Origin: Paracoccus suum
GTDB lineage: Bacteria > Pseudomonadota > Alphaproteobacteria > Rhodobacterales > Rhodobacteraceae
Assembly: GCF_003324675.1 (NCBI RefSeq)
Contig: NZ_CP030918.1
Location: 270,001-302,000, forward strand
Direction: 5' to 3'
Length of the DNA stretch: 32,000 nt
Positions 27,501 through 32,000 of this stretch are shown piece after piece. The position numbers were made by a program, and so were the translations under genes. The notes beneath the pieces are model-generated. The model did no database searches. It worked only from the letters and a program-made list of their open reading frames with translations, and was not told the DNA's origin. Positions within the stretch are counted from its first letter, which is position 1. Each line of letters begins with the position of its first letter.

Positions 27501-28265
27501 CTAGGTATCCTTGACCGCCCTGGCCACCACCGCAATCGTCACCGCGCCAGCACCCGCCGCAATCAGCGCCTCGCTCGCCGCGCCCAGCGTCGCGCCCGAG
27601 GCCATGACGTCATCGACCAGCAGCACCGGCTGGCCAACCAGGGCCGGGGCCGCGCGCGCCGCCACCTCGATCGCGCCCGACTGGTTGGCAAAGCGGTCGG
27701 CGACGCTGCGGTGATCCTGCATTGGCGTGTTGCGCAGGCGGCGCAGGGCGCCGGCCTGGTGCGCAACGCCGAGCGCACGGGCCGCGGCCCGGCCGATCAA
27801 CGCCGCCTGGTTATACCGGCGGCGCAGGGCGCGGGCGGGATGGACCGGCACCGGCACGACAACCGTCCCCGGGACGACCACCGGCGCCGCAGCCGCCGCG
27901 AGCCATCTTCCCAGAGTCGGCGCAAGGTCCGGCCGGTCGCCGTGTTTCAGCATCAACACCAACCGCCGCGCCGTCCCTGCATAGGTCAGCGCCGCGACGC
28001 CGCGCGTCCACGGCCGCGCGAGAGCCAAGCATTCGTCGCATTGGCCGTCCCATGCGCCGGCCCCACTCGCCCCGCCGTCGCTCGCCATCGGCGCGCCGCA
28101 AGAAAGGCAGGCGGCCCCGGTGATGAACCGCGCCTCGCGCCAGCAATCCGGGCAGAGGCTGCCCGCCTCGCCCACCGGAGCGTCGCAGCCCGGACATTGG
28201 GGCGGATAGACAAGGCCCAGCGTGCCTTCCCAAATCCGCGCCAAGCCACTAGCGTTGAGCCCCAT
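27501..28265 (-). CDS. ComF-family phosphoribosyltransferase-domain protein
   Basis: It has an N-terminal zinc-ribbon (PPQCPGCDAPV...CPDCW...CLSCGAP...CDEC) and the C-terminal PRTase motif VLLVDDVMASGATL. I start at ATG 28265 (MGLNASGL...); the track start is 28298. Confidence 0.8.
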   Translation of the reverse strand: MGLNASGLARIWEGTLGLVYPPQCPGCDAPVGEAGSLCPDCWREARFITGAACLSCGAPMASDGGASGAGAWDGQCDECLALARPWTRGVAALTYAGTARRLVLMLKHGDRPDLAPTLGRWLAAAAAPVVVPGTVVVPVPVHPARALRRRYNQAALIGRAAARALGVAHQAGALRRLRNTPMQDHRSVADRFANQSGAIEVAARAAPALVGQPVLLVDDVMASGATLGAASEALIAAGAGAVTIAVVARAVKDT

Positions 28266-28299
28266 GATCCCTCCCGCCGACCGGCCAGCGCCGCCCAAG

Positions 28300-29166
28300 A
28301 TGCCCCCCGACCAGCCAGCCAGCCAGCCGACCGCACCACAGCCGGGCGCCGGTCAGGCCCCGCGCCTGACGGACCGCACGGCGCTGCTGCGCGGCCGTGC
28401 GCGGGCGCGCCGCCAGGGCGTCGTCGATCTGGTCCACGCCATCGCCATGGACGAGATCGAAGATAGGCTCGCAGAGGTTAACAGAACCTTTACCGATATC
28501 GCGATCGTCACCGGCTGGCCCGAATTGTGGCAGGCCCGCTTTCCCACGGCACGGATCGTGGCGGACGAGGCGGTGCTGGATCTCGCGCCGGCCTCCTGGG
28601 ACCTGGTGATCCATGCGTTGGCGCTGCACTGGGCTGACGATCCGGTGGGCCAGTTGATCCAGTGCCGCACCGCGCTGCGCCCCGACGGGTTGCTGCTCGC
28701 CGTGCTGCCGGGAGGCGAGACGCTCGCCGGCCTGCGCGAGGCGCTGTCTGCGGCCGAGATCGCCCGGACCGGAGGTCTGTCCCCCCATGTCCTGCCAATG
28801 GGTGATGTGCGCGAGCTGGGAGGGTTGCTGGGGCGCGTCGGGCTGGCACTGACGGTGGCCGACGTGATGCCCCTGACCCTCAGCTACCAGAGCCTGATCC
28901 ACCTCGGCCGCGAGTTGCGCGCCATGGGCGAGGGCAACGCCCTGTTGCATCGCCGCCGCCAGCCCCTGCGCCGCGACGTTTTGTCCGAGGCCAGCGCGAG
29001 ATATCAGACCGCGCACCGCGATCCGAATGACGCCTCGCGCGTTCTGGCCCGGATCGACCTCCTCTTCCTGACCGGCTGGGCGCCCGCGCCCGGACAACAA
29101 CAACCCCTCCGCCCCGGCTCGGCCAAGATGCCGTTGGCTGCGGCCCTCAACGTGAGGCCAGCGTGA
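28300..29166 (+). CDS. Class I methyltransferase-fold protein (BioC/NDUFAF5-like), motif I degenerate
   Basis: The conserved N-terminal text is PRLTDRTALLRGRARARR. The post-motif region is WDLVIHALALHWADDPVGQLIQCRTALRPDGLLLAVLPGGETL. The start is ambiguous: GTG 28222, ATG 28264 or ATG 28300. I list 28300 as the ATG closest to the conserved text. Confidence 0.65.
   Translation: MPPDQPASQPTAPQPGAGQAPRLTDRTALLRGRARARRQGVVDLVHAIAMDEIEDRLAEVNRTFTDIAIVTGWPELWQARFPTARIVADEAVLDLAPASWDLVIHALALHWADDPVGQLIQCRTALRPDGLLLAVLPGGETLAGLREALSAAEIARTGGLSPHVLPMGDVRELGGLLGRVGLALTVADVMPLTLSYQSLIHLGRELRAMGEGNALLHRRRQPLRRDVLSEASARYQTAHRDPNDASRVLARIDLLFLTGWAPAPGQQQPLRPGSAKMPLAAALNVRPA
28311..28328. repeat. Tetranucleotide tandem repeat (CCAG)x4 plus CC
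   Basis: Read directly: ccagccagccagccagcc at 28311-28328. It lies inside the 5' end of the methyltransferase-fold CDS and encodes ...QPASQP.... Confidence 0.9.
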
Positions 29167-30233
29167 ATCGCAAGCCAGCAGACACTTTGCCCGCCCCCGA
29201 CGCCCGCGTCCCGGACTACGCCCCCGAAGGCCACCCGCCCCAGCCGCGGCCCAAGGTCGGCGTGCTGCTGGCCAACCTCGGCACGCCCGACGGCACCGAT
29301 TACTGGTCGATGCGCCGCTATCTGAACGAATTTCTCAGCGACCGGCGGGTAATCGACTACCCGCGCTGGAAATGGCAGCCGCTGCTGCAGACCGTGATCC
29401 TGGGCAAGCGGCCGTTCACTTCCGGGGCAAACTACCGCACCATCTGGAATGAAGAGCTGAACGAAAGCCCGTTGATGACCATTACCCGCGCGCAGACCGA
29501 CGCGTTGCGCAAGGTGCTGGCCGAGGAATGGGGCGATCAGGTCATGGTCGAGTTTGCCATGCGCTACGGCAACCCCTCGACCCCCGCCACGGTGCAGCGG
29601 ATGGTTGCCGCGGGCTGCGACCGGATCGTGTTCTTCGCCCTCTATCCACAATATGCGGGACCGACGACCGCGACCGCCAACGACAAGTTCTTTCGCGCGC
29701 TGATGGATCTCAAGCGCCAGCCCGCGAGCCGCACGGTCGCGCCCTATTTTGACCGCCCCGACTATATCGATGCGCTTGCGGCCTCGGTCGAGCGGACGCT
29801 GGGCGGGCGCATCCCGCAGCGGCTGGTCGCCAGCTTTCACGGCATGCCGCGCCGCTATCTGCTGGAGGGCGATCCCTATCACTGCCAGTGCCAGAAGACC
29901 GCGCGCCTGCTGGCCGAGCGCCTCGGCTGGCCCGAGGGGACAATCGACACCACCTTCCAGTCGGTCTTTGGCCCCGAGGAATGGCTGCGGCCCTACACCG
30001 TCGAGCATGTGGCCGAGCTGGCCCGCGAGGGCGTGACCGACATCGCCGTCATCTCGCCCGCCTTCAGCGCCGACTGCATCGAGACACTGGAGGAGATCAA
30101 CGGCGAGATTCGCCACGCCTTCGAAGACGCCGGCGGCCAGCAGTTCACCTATGTGCCGTGCCTGAACGACGATCCCGAACATATTGCCATGATGGCGCGC
30201 ATCGTGGCCGAGAACGTCGGCGGCTGGCTCTGA
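29163..30233 (+). CDS. hemH: Ferrochelatase
   Basis: It reads KVGVLLANLGTPDGTDYWSMRRYLNEFLSDRRVI and LYPQYAGPTTA, with the C-terminal SPAFSADCIETLEEI. Its GTG start overlaps the upstream stop (GTGA). Confidence 0.92.
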   Translation: MNRKPADTLPAPDARVPDYAPEGHPPQPRPKVGVLLANLGTPDGTDYWSMRRYLNEFLSDRRVIDYPRWKWQPLLQTVILGKRPFTSGANYRTIWNEELNESPLMTITRAQTDALRKVLAEEWGDQVMVEFAMRYGNPSTPATVQRMVAAGCDRIVFFALYPQYAGPTTATANDKFFRALMDLKRQPASRTVAPYFDRPDYIDALAASVERTLGGRIPQRLVASFHGMPRRYLLEGDPYHCQCQKTARLLAERLGWPEGTIDTTFQSVFGPEEWLRPYTVEHVAELAREGVTDIAVISPAFSADCIETLEEINGEIRHAFEDAGGQQFTYVPCLNDDPEHIAMMARIVAENVGGWL

Positions 30234-30347
30234 CATCATCGGACGGGGCGGGGGCGCGGCTGTGTCGCACCTCGCGCCGGCCGCATCGCCTCGTCACGCG
30301 GCGCCGGTAGTGTTAGCCTTGGCCAACCTCTGTGATCGGGACATGTC

Positions 30348-31751
30348 ATGGACTTTGGTCTGACAGCACTGACGCTGGCGCGCATGCAATTCGCCTTCAC
30401 GGTGTCGGCGCATATCATTTTTCCCGCTTTCACCATCGGCCTCGCCAGCTGGCTGGCACTGCTGAACTTTCGCTGGCTGCAGACTCGTGACCGCGCCTAC
30501 CTCGACCTGTTCGAGCAGTGGCGCACGATCTTTGCCGTGGTGTTCGGCATGGGCGTCGTCTCGGGCATCGTCATGGCCTACCAGTTCGGGACCAATTGGT
30601 CGGTGTTCTCGGACCGCGCAGGGCCGGTCATCGGGCCGCCCATGGGCTACGAGGTGCTGTCCGCCTTTTTTCTCGAGGCCGGCTTCCTGGGGATCATGCT
30701 GTTCGGCCGCGAGAAGGTCGGCGACAAGCTGCATTTCGCGGCAACCTGCATCGTCGCGCTGGGCACCTTGTTCTCGGCCTTCTGGATCCTGTCGGTGAAC
30801 AGCTGGATGCAGACCCCGGCCGGGTTCGAGATCGCGCCTAACGGCCAGTTTGTCCCCACCGACTGGTGGGCGGTGATCTTCAACCCGTCGTTCCCCTATC
30901 GCCTCGCGCATATGGTGCTGGCCGCCTATCTGACAACGGCCTTTGTCGTCGGCTCGGCGGGCGCCTGGCACCTGCTGCGGCGCGGCGAGGATCCCGGCTC
31001 GCGTCGCATGTTCAGCCACGCGATGTGGATGGCGGTGCTTGTCACCCCCTTGCAGATCCTCGCAGGCGACATGCATGGCGTGAACACGCTGGAGCATCAG
31101 CCGGCCAAGATCGCGGCGATCGAGGGGCATTACGAAAGCTACCCCCAGGGCCGCGTCCCGCTGATCCTCTTCGGCATCCCCGATGACGAGGCTGGCGTCA
31201 CCCGCCGCAAGATCGAGGTTCCATTGGTCGGCTCGCTGATCCTGACCCACAGCCTCGACAAGCCCGTCCTCGGCCTCGACGCCTTCCCCAAGGAGGACCG
31301 GCCGCCGGCGCGGATCATCTTCTGGACCTTCAGGGTCATGGTCGCCGTCGGCGTCGCCATGCTGGGCGTGGGCCTGTGGGCCCTGCTGGCGCGCTGGCGC
31401 GGACAACTTTACACCGACCGTTGGCTGCACCGCGCGGCTCTGCTGATGGGACCGTCCGGTTTCCTCGCCGTCCTCTGCGGATGGGTCACGACCGAGGTCG
31501 GCCGGCAGCCCTGGACGATCTACAACCATTTGCGCACGGCCGAGAGCCACGCGCCGCTGTCGGCCGAGATGGTCGGCACCTCGCTGGTCGCTTTCGTGAT
31601 CGTCTACTTCCTCGTCTTCGGCTCTGGCACCTTCTACATCCTTCGGCTGATCGCGCGGCTTCCCAGCCAGCGGGTCGATGTCGAGGGGCTGGGCACGACA
31701 CGCGCCGCCGGCGTCACACCGATCGCCGAAACCCACCAGCACCGGACATGA
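30348..31751 (+). CDS. cydA: Cytochrome bd-type quinol oxidase subunit I (short Q-loop, CioA-like)
   Basis: 467-aa ORF starting MDFGLTALTLARMQFAFTVSAHIIFPAFTIGLASW, which closely resembles the N-terminus of CioA/CydA. It also has GWVTTEVGRQPW. The length is consistent with the short Q-loop (cyanide-insensitive oxidase) subgroup. Confidence 0.9.
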   Translation: MDFGLTALTLARMQFAFTVSAHIIFPAFTIGLASWLALLNFRWLQTRDRAYLDLFEQWRTIFAVVFGMGVVSGIVMAYQFGTNWSVFSDRAGPVIGPPMGYEVLSAFFLEAGFLGIMLFGREKVGDKLHFAATCIVALGTLFSAFWILSVNSWMQTPAGFEIAPNGQFVPTDWWAVIFNPSFPYRLAHMVLAAYLTTAFVVGSAGAWHLLRRGEDPGSRRMFSHAMWMAVLVTPLQILAGDMHGVNTLEHQPAKIAAIEGHYESYPQGRVPLILFGIPDDEAGVTRRKIEVPLVGSLILTHSLDKPVLGLDAFPKEDRPPARIIFWTFRVMVAVGVAMLGVGLWALLARWRGQLYTDRWLHRAALLMGPSGFLAVLCGWVTTEVGRQPWTIYNHLRTAESHAPLSAEMVGTSLVAFVIVYFLVFGSGTFYILRLIARLPSQRVDVEGLGTTRAAGVTPIAETHQHRT

Positions 31752-31754
31752 GCC

Positions 31755-32000
31755 ATGTTTCCGCTTGATCTCGCACATATCTGGGCCGGCCTGATCGCAT
31801 TCGCGGTGCTGGCCTATGTGGTCTTCGACGGCTTCGACCTGGGCATCGGCATCCTGTTTCCCTGGCTGCGGGACCGGCGCGAGCGGCACCTTGCGATGAA
31901 CACCATCGCCCCGGTGTGGGATGGCAACGAGACCTGGCTGGTCCTCGGCGGGGGCGGGCTGCTGGCGGTGTTTCCGCTGGCCTATGCGGTGGTGATGCCG
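31755..32000 (+). CDS. cydB: Cytochrome bd-type quinol oxidase subunit II (N-terminal 82 codons; continues past the right edge)
   Basis: I translated from ATG 31755, 3 nt after the cydA stop: MFPLDLAHIWAGLIAFAVLAYVVFDGFDLGIGILFPW...APVWDGNETWLVLGGG. These are CydB/CioB hallmark motifs. The frame is open to the window end, so it is absent from the ORF track. Confidence 0.88.
   Translation, partial: MFPLDLAHIWAGLIAFAVLAYVVFDGFDLGIGILFPWLRDRRERHLAMNTIAPVWDGNETWLVLGGGGLLAVFPLAYAVVMP

Noticed and set aside
29004-30239. 411-aa minus-strand ORF
   Set aside because: It is antisense to hemH, which has clear ferrochelatase motifs, and it has no recognisable domain. It is a high-GC artefact.
30294-31889. 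531-aa minus-strand ORF, the longest in that region
   Set aside because: It is antisense to cydA/cydB. Its composition is dominated by D, R, G, A, H, P and Q with no membrane or enzyme signatures, whereas the plus frame has canonical CioA/CydB motifs.

Overview
This is a very GC-rich (by eye about two-thirds G+C) alphaproteobacterial chromosome segment. Gene content and order look Rhodobacterales/Paracoccus-like: CcrM, a DUF721/DciA-like gene next to mutY, gpmI-envC-ctpA-rppH, grxC-comF, and a CioAB-type bd oxidase. I call 34 protein-coding genes, with the first and last truncated by the window edges. Almost all are recognisable housekeeping functions. They cover DNA repair, replication and cell cycle (mutY, dciA-like, ccrM, rnhB, zapE) and metabolism (gpmI, dapD, argG, mog, hemH). 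They also cover the envelope (dsbA-like, envC-like, ctpA, an L,D-transpeptidase), RNA maturation (rppH, cca, a RumA/RlmD-type methyltransferase) and redox functions (hslO, grxC, FMN reductase, bd oxidase). I found no rRNA, tRNA, CRISPR array, transposase, integrase, phage or toxin-antitoxin genes, and no clear compositional island. Many long ORFs in the supplied track are antisense or out-of-frame shadows typical of high-GC DNA, and I discarded them. I cannot support a claim of a new multi-gene system here; the window reads as conserved core genome. Six items are most worth a second look. (i) A candidate ccrM promoter packed with GANTC sites. (ii) A receiver-PP2C phosphatase whose receiver lacks several canonical phospho-chemistry residues. 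(iii) An unusually long 465-bp, AT-richer intergenic region with nested repeats upstream of gpmI. (iv) An alkB-type hydroxylase with no electron-transfer partner genes nearby. (v) A lipoprotein I do not recognise. (vi) An ABC exporter joined by start/stop overlaps into an hslO-nudix-cca-RNA methyltransferase chain.
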